Of a stretch of 62,948 nucleotides of DNA, positions 44,780 to 55,050 are shown in pieces. Positions within the stretch are counted from its first letter, which is position 1. Each line of letters starts with the position of its first letter. A program made the position numbers and the translations under genes. This DNA comes from Candidatus Omnitrophota bacterium (lineage in GTDB: Bacteria > Omnitrophota > Gorgyraeia > Zapsychrales > Fredricksoniimonadaceae): the NCBI GenBank assembly GCA_028870995.1, contig JAGWOI010000013.1:1-62948 (forward strand). The letters are read 5' to 3'. Below the pieces are notes generated by a model that worked only from the letters and a program-made list of their open reading frames with translations, made no database searches and was not told the DNA's origin.

Positions 44780-45177
44780 TTGGATGTTTCGTTCTTCTCG
44801 GCTTGACCGTTGGCGCCGCCCATCATGCCTGACTTCATTATGGGGCAGTTTTTCATCATTTTGTGCATGGCATGCATATTGCCCTTGATTTCCACCTTCT
44901 TGACAACATTCAAATCCTTGTCATATTTGATAAGATCGTCGCCGGCAAGAACGATGACCCCGCCGTCGGAAGTGGCCACCATGGAAGCGTTCACCATTCT
45001 CATCATCATGCCGTGCATCATCATCCCCTTATCCAAAGGGCAATACCTGCAAGGCCCGTTGGCCGGATGAGCCGAACTCTTCTTGTTGATGACGGCATTT
45101 TGGGGCGCTGCATTTTGGGCAAAAACTACGGAAGTGCTTAAAATCAATGCTGCTGCAATAACGATTAACTTTTTCAT
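44776..45177 (-). CDS. Exported Met/His-rich hypothetical protein
   Basis: Signal peptide ending [17 protein letters not shown] and [14 protein letters not shown] tracts. Confidence 0.7.
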   Translation of the reverse strand: MKKLIVIAAALILSTSVVFAQNAAPQNAVINKKSSAHPANGPCRYCPLDKGMMMHGMMMRMVNASMVATSDGGVIVLAGDDLIKYDKDLNVVKKVEIKGNMHAMHKMMKNCPIMKSGMMGGANGQAEKNETSK

Positions 45178-45195
45178 AAGACTCCTCTCCTATGG

Positions 45196-45663
45196 TTACA
45201 TACTGCTAAAAACCTGTGAACCTCCTAAATGCCCCTGGATAATGAGAGCGGCAACGAAAACCAGACCGAAGGCAAGATAGCCCCAGGAAACCGGCTGTTG
45301 CCTGCTATAAAACTTCCACCGCCATGAAAACAAGACAAGCAATAACACGCCCAACATTGTTCCAAGCCACTTATGGACCGCCATGCCTGCGGCACCATTA
45401 TCGTCCGGCATCCAAAAAAGCCAACCAGTAACGACTGTCAAGGGGGTTATGAGTGTGGCGTAGAGTAATGTCCACCAGGCGGTGGATCGCAGGGGGTCAT
45501 TCTTAAAAAATCGCGCCAGCAGATCACTTGCCCATGATACAGGGATCAAGGCCGCCGTAAAATTGACTAGGACCGGGTGCAGTTTGGTGAGCATTACAAA
45601 ATGTTTTAAAACAGCTAAAATAGGCACCTCCTTTTTCCAGCCAAGAACATAAGACCCGCTCAA
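45196..45663 (-). CDS. DUF2231-like membrane protein, copy 2
   Basis: LHPVLVNF, TGW, H..LG, GHLGG..VF; internal promoter TTGTCA-17-TAAGAT upstream; start may be later than 45663. Confidence 0.7.
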   Translation of the reverse strand: MSGSYVLGWKKEVPILAVLKHFVMLTKLHPVLVNFTAALIPVSWASDLLARFFKNDPLRSTAWWTLLYATLITPLTVVTGWLFWMPDDNGAAGMAVHKWLGTMLGVLLLVLFSWRWKFYSRQQPVSWGYLAFGLVFVAALIIQGHLGGSQVFSSM

Positions 45664-45726
45664 GGCTTATAGAAAAACATCTTATCATTATGTTGGTTTC
45701 TTGACAATTCTGCCGTATGCCTGCTG

Positions 45727-46044
45727 TCACATTTTCATGCCGGCCATATTGTCTGCCTTTACGGCAGCGGCCTGGCTTTCGGCAATTTTGCTGTATTTAG
45801 CAGGATCACTCTTGAACTTCGGAATGCAAGCCGGGCAGCAGAAATGATAAATTTTTCCCTTATATTCCAAGGTCACGCCGGGCCCCATGGCGCCGCCGAT
45901 CTTTTCCCCTGAAACAGGGCAAAACTTATTGCCCACATCCACGGCTTGGGTCGAGGCCGGTGAAACCGCCGGTTTTGGCTGGGCAAAGGCCAAAGGCGCT
46001 GTCAGCAATGCGGCCCCTAGCATTAACGCTGTAACTTTGTTCAT
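45727..46044 (-). CDS. Exported YHS-domain protein
   Basis: Signal peptide; CPVSGE...YKGKIYHFCCPAC..KF..DP.KY. Confidence 0.88.
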   Translation of the reverse strand: MNKVTALMLGAALLTAPLAFAQPKPAVSPASTQAVDVGNKFCPVSGEKIGGAMGPGVTLEYKGKIYHFCCPACIPKFKSDPAKYSKIAESQAAAVKADNMAGMKM

Positions 46045-46075
46045 ACGTCCTCCTGTTGTTGGTCGGTTGTTTCTT

Positions 46076-49000
46076 TTATTTTAATTTTCCCTTTAATTCA
46101 AAATGCGCCTTCCAGATATAGTAAACGGCCGGATAAACCAACAGGCCCAATAAAAACGACGTTATTAATCCGCCGACCATAGGTGCGGCAATGCGTTTCA
46201 TAACGTCGGCACCGGCCCCATTGGACCACATGATCGGCAGCAGACCAACAAAGGCCGCGGCCACGGTCATCATTTTAGGACGCAGGCGCCGTACCGACCC
46301 TTGCACAATCGCATCCTGCAAATCCTTCAGGTTATGCATGCGATTTTGTCGGATCGCTTCTTTATAAGCCAATTCCATAAACAACAGCAGCAATACGCCG
46401 GTCTCGGCGTCAAGCCCCATGAGGGCGATCATACCCACCCACACGGCGATAGATACATTGAACCCTATGGCCCACAAGAGCCAGACCGCACCGATCAGCG
46501 AAAATGGTACTGACAAAAGCACGATGCCGGTCTGCACCATGGATTTGGTGTTCATATAAAGAAGGAAAGCAATAATGAAAAGCGTTAAGGGCAATACCAC
46601 CTTCAATCGCTCGCGCACGCGCAGCATATTTTCATATTGTCCGCTCCATAGCAGGCTGTAGCCCTGGGGCAGTTGCAATTGTTCATCAACAGCCTTCTTG
46701 GCTTGAGCCACATAGGAACCAATATCGCGGCCAGCCACATCCACATAAACATAGCCGGCCAGCATGCCGTTCTCATCACGGATCATGGACGGCCCGCTGC
46801 GCAGGACAATATCGGCAACCTGGCCTATTGGAATTTGCGCACCTGAAGGAGTGGCAATCAAGACCCGCTTTAACTGGTCGACACTCTCGCGCAATTCACT
46901 GGGGTAACGGACATTGACCGAATAACGCTCCCGGCCTTCGACGGTTTCCGTTACATCCTCGCCTCCGACAGCGGATTCGATGGTCATTTGCGCGTCGCGT
47001 ACGGAAAGCCCGTAACGGGCCAGCTGATCACGCTTGAGGTCAAAATCAAGGAAATACCCGCCGGCGGTGCGTTCCGCGTAAACGCTCCTGGTCCCGGGAA
47101 TATTTTTGATGATCCCCTCCAGACGCAGGCCAAGCCTCTGAATCTCGTTGATGTCCGGCCCCAGGACCTTGATGCCGATGGGTGTCCTCACGCCCGTTGA
47201 CAGCATGTCGATACGATTTTTGATCGGCATGGTCCAGGCATTTGTGGTGCCGGGAATTTGAAGCTTCCTGTCCATTTGGTCAATCAGCTGACGATGGGAA
47301 ATGTGGTCGGGCCAGAAGACCTTAAACGGCGCCTGCAGCAACGGCGGCAGTGCCGAATACCAACGGCGGATCCTGGGCCATTGGTTTTCCGGTTTTAAAA
47401 GCACCACGGTTTCCATCATCGATAACGGTGCCGGATCGGTAGAGCTCGCCATGCGGCCGGCCTTGCCCCAGACGCGCGTCACCTCAGGAAAACTTTTAAG
47501 CAGTTTGTCCTGGGTCTGTAACAATTTCAACGCTTCGGGTGCGGAAATGCCGGGCATGGTGATAGGCATGTACAATATGCTGCCCTCCCACAAGGGAGGC
47601 ATGAATTCCGAACCAAGTTTCATGTAAACAGGGATTGTTACCAACATTAAGACAACCGCCGCCGCAATGACCTGTTTAGGATAACGCAAGACGAACCGGC
47701 AAATTGGATCATAAATCCTGAACAGCACCCGGCTGACCGGATGCTTTTCTTCCGGATAATACCGGCCCACCAATAAGGCATTGGCGATCTTTGAACGGAA
47801 CGGCTTGACCCAAAGCAGCAGCATGCGCAGCGCCGGATTAAGTGTCACGACCAAAACCGCCGCAATGGCCATGGCAAAGGTCTTGGACCAGGCCAGCGGC
47901 TTGAATAAGCGGCCTTCCTGGTCAACGAGGGTGAAGATCGGCAAAAAGGAGACGGCTATCACCAGCAATGAAAAAAATACAGCCGGTCCCACTTCTTTCA
48001 AGGCCTTGATGCAAACCTGCCGGTAATCTTCCTTTCGCCCGCCGGCTTCCCAATATTCCAGATGCTTATACACATTTTCCATCTGAACGATGGCGCCATC
48101 GACCAAAACTCCGATGGAAATGGCGATGCCTGCCAGCGACATGATATTCGATGTCAGCTTCATCCCCAGCATGGGGATGAAGGCCAAGACCACAGCCACA
48201 GGAATAGTGATAATGGGAATGAAAGCCGAGGGAAAATGCCAAAGGAAAAGCAGGATCACCAAACTGACAATGATCATTTCCTCAGTCAGCTGGTGCCTTA
48301 AATTCTCAATAGCCCTAAGTATTAAATCCGAGCGGTCATAGGTCACCTTGATCTCAACGCCCGGCGGCAGGGAGGGCCGGATCTCTTTAAGCTTGGCCTT
48401 GACACGGTTGATGACATTCAAAGCGTTTTCCCCGTAACGCATGACCACTGTGCCGCCCACCACATCACCCTGCCCGTTTAAATCCGAAACACCCCGGCGC
48501 AATTCAGGCCCTATACCGACCTGAGCCACATTTTTCATGAGAATGGGGGCGCCATCCGGACCATTGCCGACAACCGTGTTTTCAAGGTCTTTGATCGATT
48601 TGACATACCCGTGCCCGCGCACCATATATTCCGCGCCGCCAAAATCAACCAAGCCGCCGCTGGATTCTTCATTGGCGTCTTTAACCGCATCCACCAGCCG
48701 CGGTATGGGAATTCTATAAGCCAACAGTTTATTCGGATCGACGGTGATCTGATACTGCTTCACAAAGCCACCCAGCGAAGCCACTTCAGCCACTCCGGGC
48801 ACGCTTTGCAAGTAATAACGCAGATACCAATCCTGATAACTGCGCAGCTGCTGCAGGTCATGTTTTCCCGTTTTATCAACCAGCACATACTGAAACACCC
48901 AGCCGACGCCCGTGGCATCAGGTCCAAGCTCCGTTTTCACGCCTTGCGGCAGGCGCGCAATGATCTTGTTCAAATACTCCAGCACTCTGCTGCGGGCCCA

Positions 49001-49327
49001 ATAGATGTCCACCCCATCATTAAAAATGACGTAGACGTAGGAAAACCCGAAGTCGGAGAATCCGCGTACCGCCTTGACCCCCGGTGCGCCTAAAAGCGCG
49101 GAAACGATGGGATAGGTGACCTGATCTTCCATGATGTCCGGGCTGCGGTCCCAACGTGAATAGATGATGACCTGGGTATCAGAGAGGTCGGGAATGGCGT
49201 CCAAAGGAATATGCTGAATCGACCAAATGGCCGCCACCAAGGAGAAAGCCACGCATATCAGAATGAGCATCTTGTTTTGGGCTGAAAAGCCGATGAGCTT
49301 TTCTATCCATCCCTCTTTATGATCCAT
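46076..49327 (-). CDS. cusA: CusA/CzcA heavy-metal efflux RND permease
   Basis: DAIPDLSDTQVI, NIMSLAGIAI, GVLVDGAIV, RLRPKMMT, PMVGG; start MDHKE. Confidence 0.93.
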   Translation of the reverse strand: MDHKEGWIEKLIGFSAQNKMLILICVAFSLVAAIWSIQHIPLDAIPDLSDTQVIIYSRWDRSPDIMEDQVTYPIVSALLGAPGVKAVRGFSDFGFSYVYVIFNDGVDIYWARSRVLEYLNKIIARLPQGVKTELGPDATGVGWVFQYVLVDKTGKHDLQQLRSYQDWYLRYYLQSVPGVAEVASLGGFVKQYQITVDPNKLLAYRIPIPRLVDAVKDANEESSGGLVDFGGAEYMVRGHGYVKSIKDLENTVVGNGPDGAPILMKNVAQVGIGPELRRGVSDLNGQGDVVGGTVVMRYGENALNVINRVKAKLKEIRPSLPPGVEIKVTYDRSDLILRAIENLRHQLTEEMIIVSLVILLFLWHFPSAFIPIITIPVAVVLAFIPMLGMKLTSNIMSLAGIAISIGVLVDGAIVQMENVYKHLEYWEAGGRKEDYRQVCIKALKEVGPAVFFSLLVIAVSFLPIFTLVDQEGRLFKPLAWSKTFAMAIAAVLVVTLNPALRMLLLWVKPFRSKIANALLVGRYYPEEKHPVSRVLFRIYDPICRFVLRYPKQVIAAAVVLMLVTIPVYMKLGSEFMPPLWEGSILYMPITMPGISAPEALKLLQTQDKLLKSFPEVTRVWGKAGRMASSTDPAPLSMMETVVLLKPENQWPRIRRWYSALPPLLQAPFKVFWPDHISHRQLIDQMDRKLQIPGTTNAWTMPIKNRIDMLSTGVRTPIGIKVLGPDINEIQRLGLRLEGIIKNIPGTRSVYAERTAGGYFLDFDLKRDQLARYGLSVRDAQMTIESAVGGEDVTETVEGRERYSVNVRYPSELRESVDQLKRVLIATPSGAQIPIGQVADIVLRSGPSMIRDENGMLAGYVYVDVAGRDIGSYVAQAKKAVDEQLQLPQGYSLLWSGQYENMLRVRERLKVVLPLTLFIIAFLLYMNTKSMVQTGIVLLSVPFSLIGAVWLLWAIGFNVSIAVWVGMIALMGLDAETGVLLLLFMELAYKEAIRQNRMHNLKDLQDAIVQGSVRRLRPKMMTVAAAFVGLLPIMWSNGAGADVMKRIAAPMVGGLITSFLLGLLVYPAVYYIWKAHFELKGKLK

Positions 49328-50444
49328 GACTATGTCCCCCTCCCTGGAGCGCATCCTGGATCCTGCTCTCCGAATCCAAGAGGAAATTGCCGCTGGTCAC
49401 GATCCGTTCGCCGGCTTTCAAACCGGATGTGACTTCATACCCATCGTCTGTTTCCACTCCGGTTTGGATTTCCCGCGGCTCAAAGGAACCCTGTGCCTTT
49501 TGCACAAAAACAATCTTGCGCACACCGGTATCCATCACCGCTTCCCTGGGTACCAGCAATGCCTTCCCCAATGTTACAAAGATCCTGACATCAGCCTGCA
49601 TATTGGCCGCCAAGGGCACCTTATCATTAATAATTTCAACCAGGGCCGTAAGCGACCGGCTGGACGGATCAATCCACCCCCCCACCGAACGGACGACACC
49701 TTTGATGCTTTCGCCCGGATATGACGGAAAACTGACCTGAGCCTCCTGGCCTTTATGCACGTAGGCAAAATCCTGTTCGAATATCTGGGTCATGATCCAA
49801 TAACTGCGCTTATCATTGAACATCGACAATTCAGGCTCCTTGATCCACATCATGTTCCAGGTCACGTTCTCTAACTTTTTGATCTCCTCATCGCTTAGTC
49901 CTAATTTAAGCAGCTTGTCCTTGGCTTCCAGGAGTCGGGTTTGTAAATCCCTATAGTCCTCCCACATGTAGCGATGGTTGCGGATGTTTTTATAGTTCCT
50001 CACAACCTTTGCATACTGCACATAGTCATCGATGAATTCACCCTGGATCTTATAAAGCTCCGCATCAGAAGCAATGGTGCCGAATGTACGCACCCATTTG
50101 ACTATTGGTTTCACGGCTACCACTTGGGTCCTCAGGCCGATCAATTGTTGTTTTTGCGAAGAAATTTCAATGGGGGCATAGCCTTGGATATCAGAAACGG
50201 ATTTAACCTGTCCCTGGGAATGATGATGACCAGGCACCAGGGTCATGCCGCAGATGGGGCATGCTCCCGGCTTATCGCTCTTGATCCAGGGGTGCATGGG
50301 GCAATACCAGAAGTCATGCTGCCCCTGAGAGGCTGAAATCTTTTCGGCCGGATGATGCGGCCAAAAAAATAAGCTCAATCCCAAACCGATGACAGCCGAG
50401 AAAACAAGCAGTGCAGTTAGCAAAACAATATTCTTGTTTTTCAT
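49317..50444 (-). CDS. cusB: CusB-like RND periplasmic adaptor with heavy-metal-binding domain
   Basis: TM anchor, YCPMHP..SDKPG.CPICGM, VTSGNFLLDSES; start MKNKN. Confidence 0.88.
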   Translation of the reverse strand: MKNKNIVLLTALLVFSAVIGLGLSLFFWPHHPAEKISASQGQHDFWYCPMHPWIKSDKPGACPICGMTLVPGHHHSQGQVKSVSDIQGYAPIEISSQKQQLIGLRTQVVAVKPIVKWVRTFGTIASDAELYKIQGEFIDDYVQYAKVVRNYKNIRNHRYMWEDYRDLQTRLLEAKDKLLKLGLSDEEIKKLENVTWNMMWIKEPELSMFNDKRSYWIMTQIFEQDFAYVHKGQEAQVSFPSYPGESIKGVVRSVGGWIDPSSRSLTALVEIINDKVPLAANMQADVRIFVTLGKALLVPREAVMDTGVRKIVFVQKAQGSFEPREIQTGVETDDGYEVTSGLKAGERIVTSGNFLLDSESRIQDALQGGGHSHGS

Positions 50445-50506
50445 AAAATGCCCTCTTTCACGCCCCGGCGGCGGCCGGATTGACCGCCGCCAGGGCAAAC
50501 ATTGCC

Positions 50507-51124
50507 TTATTTACCTGCCATAACTGATAACGCCCTGGGATTCCCCATTTGCATCTTCACACTGACCATCTGCCCCGGGTGTAAAGAGGCCATGGTCTGA
50601 GGATCCACTAATGCCGAAGTCGTTAACTCGCAATGCTTGTTTTCAACGACCAAAACATCCTTAGCGGGATTGAGCGTCGCAACAACGCCCGTATTGGTCT
50701 GGATTACAACGCCTGCTTCCTTGTTATACATAACCATTCCGAACGGGACATGGGTATTGACTGCCCTGGCCTCGACAAGATGGGCAACGGTGCCATTCAA
50801 AGGCTGTACCGCAGTCACCGTTTGCCCTAACTGCAAAGAAGCCATTGTTTGCGGATCCGTCATCGCCGTTACCGTCAACTTGTCATATTGGTCTTTGACA
50901 ATGACGGCATTACGACCGGGATCCAAGGAAACGATCTCTCCTTTAACGGTCCGGATTAAAGTCCTGCCTATCTGATGAGCGTACGTCGTCTCACCGGTGA
51001 CGGTGCCGGTAACCGTCTCTCCAGTATAACCATTGGGAACGGGGCCCAACCGGCTTGCAAAAGCATTGCCGATTAATCCAACTGAAACCAAGCATGTTAA
51101 AACTGCGGTTATTTTATTATTCAT
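50507..51124 (-). CDS. Exported protein with two OB-fold-like repeats
   Basis: Signal peptide ending AFA; aa 62-106 and 146-190 similar, both contain DPQTMASL. Confidence 0.7.
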   Translation of the reverse strand: MNNKITAVLTCLVSVGLIGNAFASRLGPVPNGYTGETVTGTVTGETTYAHQIGRTLIRTVKGEIVSLDPGRNAVIVKDQYDKLTVTAMTDPQTMASLQLGQTVTAVQPLNGTVAHLVEARAVNTHVPFGMVMYNKEAGVVIQTNTGVVATLNPAKDVLVVENKHCELTTSALVDPQTMASLHPGQMVSVKMQMGNPRALSVMAGK

Positions 51125-51215
51125 ATTATCCTCACCTTCGTTGACAAACAGAGTGATACTATCCTTTTCTAAACATTAGAAAAAGAGAGCAACGGTTCAA
51201 TATGTGAGGATGGGT

Positions 51216-51620
51216 TTAAAGACGAAAAGCGTGAGTTTGAAGATAAAGCGGAACAGACAGCACTTGAGGCGAAATCATGCCCCCGTAGGCTGTCCGTACA
51301 AAGGAGAACTGGCGGACATAATGTGCAAAGGGAACGATCGCCTCAGGAGGATGAAGCAGGCTAACCGCCGATGGAACAGCAAGCTTGGATAACTGCACCG
51401 TGTCAGCAGTGGGCGACTGCAAGAAACAATAGCCATGATGGGTAGACTTCTGTTCAGGCGAAGAACTTTTATGACAGGGACAGCCGGCCATAGCCGCCAT
51501 TCCCTTGGCCTTTAGCAAAGGGACCTTAAGGGCATCCATGGCGCAGCAGCAATAAACCGCTGAAAATGTGAAAACTGAGACGAGGATGACCGATATCGAG
51601 GGGTTGACTATTTTTCGCAT
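51216..51620 (-). CDS. Cys/His-rich hypothetical protein heading the cus operon
   Basis: YCCC, GCPCH, HHGYC, C-terminal PLYLQTHAFRL; typical of small genes upstream of cus/czc operons. Confidence 0.6.
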   Translation of the reverse strand: MRKIVNPSISVILVSVFTFSAVYCCCAMDALKVPLLKAKGMAAMAGCPCHKSSSPEQKSTHHGYCFLQSPTADTVQLSKLAVPSAVSLLHPPEAIVPFAHYVRQFSFVRTAYGGMISPQVLSVPLYLQTHAFRL

Positions 51621-51686
51621 AAAGATACGCTCCGGAAGTTACAATGAGAGTATAACTCAATGGCTTTTACTCTGCAATAAGTAAAG

Positions 51687-53507
51687 CTACGTACTATGGG
51701 TATCCTCAAAAACCCGCTGAACGATGGCCGCATCCCAGCCATGGTGCAGCAGGTTTCTTTTAAGGACGGCCAACTCCTGAGGAGTTTTATGGCGGCAGAG
51801 GTCCATCAGTAAATCATAGGTGAACTGCTGCTGAGGGTTGAAACGGATGCTTAAAGGCCTCTCCTGTGTTTTTTTATCAAATATCCAGGCGGCCAGGCCC
51901 AATATCAAAGGAATGCCGATAACCAGCAAAGCCGAACCAAAATTAAAAGACAGCTGCGGCTTGACCAAAAACGGCAGGCTGGACAAAAAGGCATCGATAA
52001 AGAAATGAGCCGTAATAACCGTTAACAGGCCATAACGCAAATAAAAGAAACCCATCAGCAGTCCGATAGAGGTGACCTCGACCCCCCTAAACCACATGGG
52101 AAAGATCTCGTAACCCGTGTGGCCAAAACCCCATACCGCAGCACTCAGGAATACTGCCAATGCCGTCGGCACTTTGTATTTCTTTAAAAAGTTAATGGCA
52201 AACAAGCGGAACATGGACTCTTCAGAGAAAGAGGCCTGAAAACCGATGGCCAGGGCGCTGAGGGCAGGCACAAAGGTGGTCGTGGCCTGCGTCATCCAGG
52301 AAAGCTCGTCCCAGACGCCCCAATATTTATAACCGATGCTGAAAATAAAGGATTGAACTCCTAAAATAACGGCTGCCGCGCAATAACCTGCCATGATCTG
52401 ACGGGTGGTGTTGACGGAAAAAAATGAAGACAAAAGCGTATTTAAGAAACCCCTATTCTTTTTATCCGCAGAAACTTCAAACCGCAGGGACTCCCCTGCC
52501 AGGGCCGGCAGCACAAAACCAACGGCAACGAAAAAAGGAGCGATGATGCCTTCGATCAATTGCCTGATGACATAATCCCCCAGAGATTGGGTGGTCGGAT
52601 AGCCGAATAGAATACCCTGCAAATTGTTCAAAAGCTCCATGGCCATGACGATAAAAATGGCAACTCCCACGCCCGTATAAAACGGCCTCACCGCGCGGCT
52701 CACCACCTGGTGCTTGCGGTTGACCACGGCCACGATGGCCAGGGTCATCAGGGCCAGGTAAAGAATACGGAAAACCAGCGACAAGTTTTGGCCGGTTTGT
52801 TTAAGATTGTCCACATAACGGTTAAATGCCTCGGGAATATTAAAGGCATACTTGTTAAAATTCAGGATTTCACCGCCGGAAACCGTGACACTGGTCAAGA
52901 CCTTGGCGCTGCCCTCCTGCCTGCCCTTGTGCCAGGGGATCTGTACATCCTTTCTTTCCCAGCTGAAAGCATAATCCGTCCTGTTATCAAATTTGTGGAC
53001 ATCCTCGCTATGGGTACTATAGTCATCGGGATTGAAACCGAAGGCGGTTTTCAAGAACCGGAGGGCAATTTGGCGGGCCTTATCCTTATCCAGCGGCGGA
53101 CGGGCGGCGGTGTCCTCGATGGCATGGTTAAAGCCAATCACCTGGCCCGTGGCGCTGCTGACCGCCACCTTGTACTCTTCTTTCTGCGCCTCCTTAAAAA
53201 AACGGAAGACCCAACAGAACATGTCATAATGCAGGCGGGCCACCAGTTTCTGCTCCCCGGCAGTGCCTATGATCCTCTGCAAGTACCGGTCCGTGGAATC
53301 ATCGGCACTGAACAACGCCGCCGAGGTATAGCCGCTCACCTTGACCCTGTAATTGGTCTCTAAAAATTGCTTGGCGATCTTAAGGGCCTGGGACTGACTG
53401 ACGGACAGGTCAATGGATTGGTAACGCGGCAAGGCCAGGCGGCACCAGACAAACACACCGCTTATGGCTAAAAGGACCAATAAAAACCATTCAAAGCGTT
53501 TGTTCAT
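51687..53507 (-). CDS. CPBP (CAAX/Abi) intramembrane glutamic endopeptidase with a large N-terminal extracytoplasmic domain
   Basis: SEESMFR, WGFGH, HFFID motifs near the C-terminus. Confidence 0.82.
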   Translation of the reverse strand: MNKRFEWFLLVLLAISGVFVWCRLALPRYQSIDLSVSQSQALKIAKQFLETNYRVKVSGYTSAALFSADDSTDRYLQRIIGTAGEQKLVARLHYDMFCWVFRFFKEAQKEEYKVAVSSATGQVIGFNHAIEDTAARPPLDKDKARQIALRFLKTAFGFNPDDYSTHSEDVHKFDNRTDYAFSWERKDVQIPWHKGRQEGSAKVLTSVTVSGGEILNFNKYAFNIPEAFNRYVDNLKQTGQNLSLVFRILYLALMTLAIVAVVNRKHQVVSRAVRPFYTGVGVAIFIVMAMELLNNLQGILFGYPTTQSLGDYVIRQLIEGIIAPFFVAVGFVLPALAGESLRFEVSADKKNRGFLNTLLSSFFSVNTTRQIMAGYCAAAVILGVQSFIFSIGYKYWGVWDELSWMTQATTTFVPALSALAIGFQASFSEESMFRLFAINFLKKYKVPTALAVFLSAAVWGFGHTGYEIFPMWFRGVEVTSIGLLMGFFYLRYGLLTVITAHFFIDAFLSSLPFLVKPQLSFNFGSALLVIGIPLILGLAAWIFDKKTQERPLSIRFNPQQQFTYDLLMDLCRHKTPQELAVLKRNLLHHGWDAAIVQRVFEDTHST

Positions 53508-53758
53508 GAACGGATAAGAGCTTCCTTCTTTTCCCTGGTCAATTTTTTAAGGTACCATTCCTGGGCTTGGGCTTCTTGGGCCGTGGGATATCTCTTTTTA
53601 TACACCAATTTGACCGGGCCCTTGCCCCGCAGGTATTTGGCGCCTTTGCCGCAATTGTGGGCCTCGAGGCGTTTCTTTAAATCATTGGTCCAGCCGGCGT
53701 AATACGTACCGTATTTACACTGTACCATATACGCCCAATAGGTGCCATCAGGTTTCAA
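53504..53758 (-). CDS. GIY-YIG nuclease (UPF0213/YhbQ-like)
   Basis: YMVQC...YYAGWTNDL..RL..HN.GKGAKY, EWYLK. Confidence 0.9.
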   Translation of the reverse strand: MKPDGTYWAYMVQCKYGTYYAGWTNDLKKRLEAHNCGKGAKYLRGKGPVKLVYKKRYPTAQEAQAQEWYLKKLTREKKEALIRS

Positions 53759-55038
53759 ATTAACTCTCCGAGGACGCAGGGACCGTCCAGACAGTTGAGC
53801 CGAACAGGCAGGAGTTGATTGGCCAGATTTCTTGAACCTTTAATTTTAACACGCACATAATTATCCGTCAGGCCGTGTTGCCAGCCTCTCTCCTTGGCTT
53901 GTTCGAACAAAACCTTTTGCGCAGTGCCCAGCAAGGACTCGTTAAACAACCGGCGCTTGGCGCTGCTGAGTTCCCTTAAAATCCTGCTGCGACGGGTGAT
54001 TACCGCCGGCGGCATGGTTTTCTTTAAACGGCTCTGGGCCATGGCTCGCGGCGAATAACTGAAAACATGGAAATAATGGATGGGTAATTCCCGCAGCGCC
54101 TCGACCGTGCGCTCGAAATGGGTGTCGGTCTCGCCGGGAAATCCCACGATGACATCCGTGCCGATGCCTATTTGAGGGACTTGGTCTACAGCCTGCTTGA
54201 TAAAACGGCCGAATTCCGCCACCGTGTATTTGCGTTTCATCCCCTGCAATATTTCATCATCCCCGCTTTGCAGGGGCAGATGCAGGTAGCGGCAAAGTTT
54301 GCCCCCCGGCTTCATATAATTAAAAATCTCCTTGGAAACCGTAGTGGGTTCGATGGAGGAGATGCGTAGGCGCTCCAGACCCGGAAGACTGCTCATGGCA
54401 TGGACCACATCGAGAATGGTTTTGCCCTGGTAAGAATAGGTGCCGACATTGATGCCGGTCAATATCAATTCCTTGTGACCTCCGGCGATCAGGGCTTGAG
54501 CTTCAATAAGGATGTCCTCAAAGACCCGGCTGCGGGCGCGTCCGCGGGCATATGGGATTTCGCAAAAAGAGCAGAAAAAATCGCAGCCGTCCTGGATCTT
54601 GATATTGGCGCGGGTATGCCCGTGGTCAACCGATGAAACGGGCGACTTGAAGGGTTCACGTTCGATGACCGGCACAACTAACCGGGCCGAATCAGGCTCC
54701 GGCGCTTCATTCAGGACAGAAAGCAAATCCATCTTGCGGCCGTTGCCGACGATCCATCGCACACCGGGAAGTGCGGCCAATTTTTCTCTCTGAATCTGGG
54801 CCTGGCAGCCCACCAGGGCAATGCGGGCCAAGGGGTTTTGCCGGTAGACTTTGTTGACCAAACGGCGCGTGTCGGCATCTCCCCCCTCGGTCACGGTGCA
54901 GGTGTTGATGACCACGATATCCGAAGGTTCAGCAAAGTCCACCACCTTGTAACCGCCCTGCTCAAAGGAATTTTGGATGGACGCCGTTTCCGACTGGTTC
55001 AGGCGACAGCCGAACGTGTAGAAAGATATTCTCTTCAT
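53755..55038 (-). CDS. mtaB: tRNA t6A37 methylthiotransferase
   Basis: FGCRLNQSE, NTCTVT, KIQDGCDFFCSFC, IVGFPGET, HVFSYS.R. Confidence 0.92.
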   Translation of the reverse strand: MKRISFYTFGCRLNQSETASIQNSFEQGGYKVVDFAEPSDIVVINTCTVTEGGDADTRRLVNKVYRQNPLARIALVGCQAQIQREKLAALPGVRWIVGNGRKMDLLSVLNEAPEPDSARLVVPVIEREPFKSPVSSVDHGHTRANIKIQDGCDFFCSFCEIPYARGRARSRVFEDILIEAQALIAGGHKELILTGINVGTYSYQGKTILDVVHAMSSLPGLERLRISSIEPTTVSKEIFNYMKPGGKLCRYLHLPLQSGDDEILQGMKRKYTVAEFGRFIKQAVDQVPQIGIGTDVIVGFPGETDTHFERTVEALRELPIHYFHVFSYSPRAMAQSRLKKTMPPAVITRRSRILRELSSAKRRLFNESLLGTAQKVLFEQAKERGWQHGLTDNYVRVKIKGSRNLANQLLPVRLNCLDGPCVLGELI

Positions 55039-55050
55039 AGAGTCGATGTT

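Noticed and set aside
51141-51166. TTGACA...TACTAT as a plus-strand promoter
   Set aside because: Spacer is only 10 nt and there is no plus-strand gene downstream.
39728-51686. Copper cluster as a genomic island integrated at tRNA-Lys
   Set aside because: The cluster lies on the 5' side of the tRNA, whereas integration normally duplicates the 3' end. No integrase and no copy of the tRNA 3' end were seen near 51.6 kb. Horizontal origin remains possible but unsupported.
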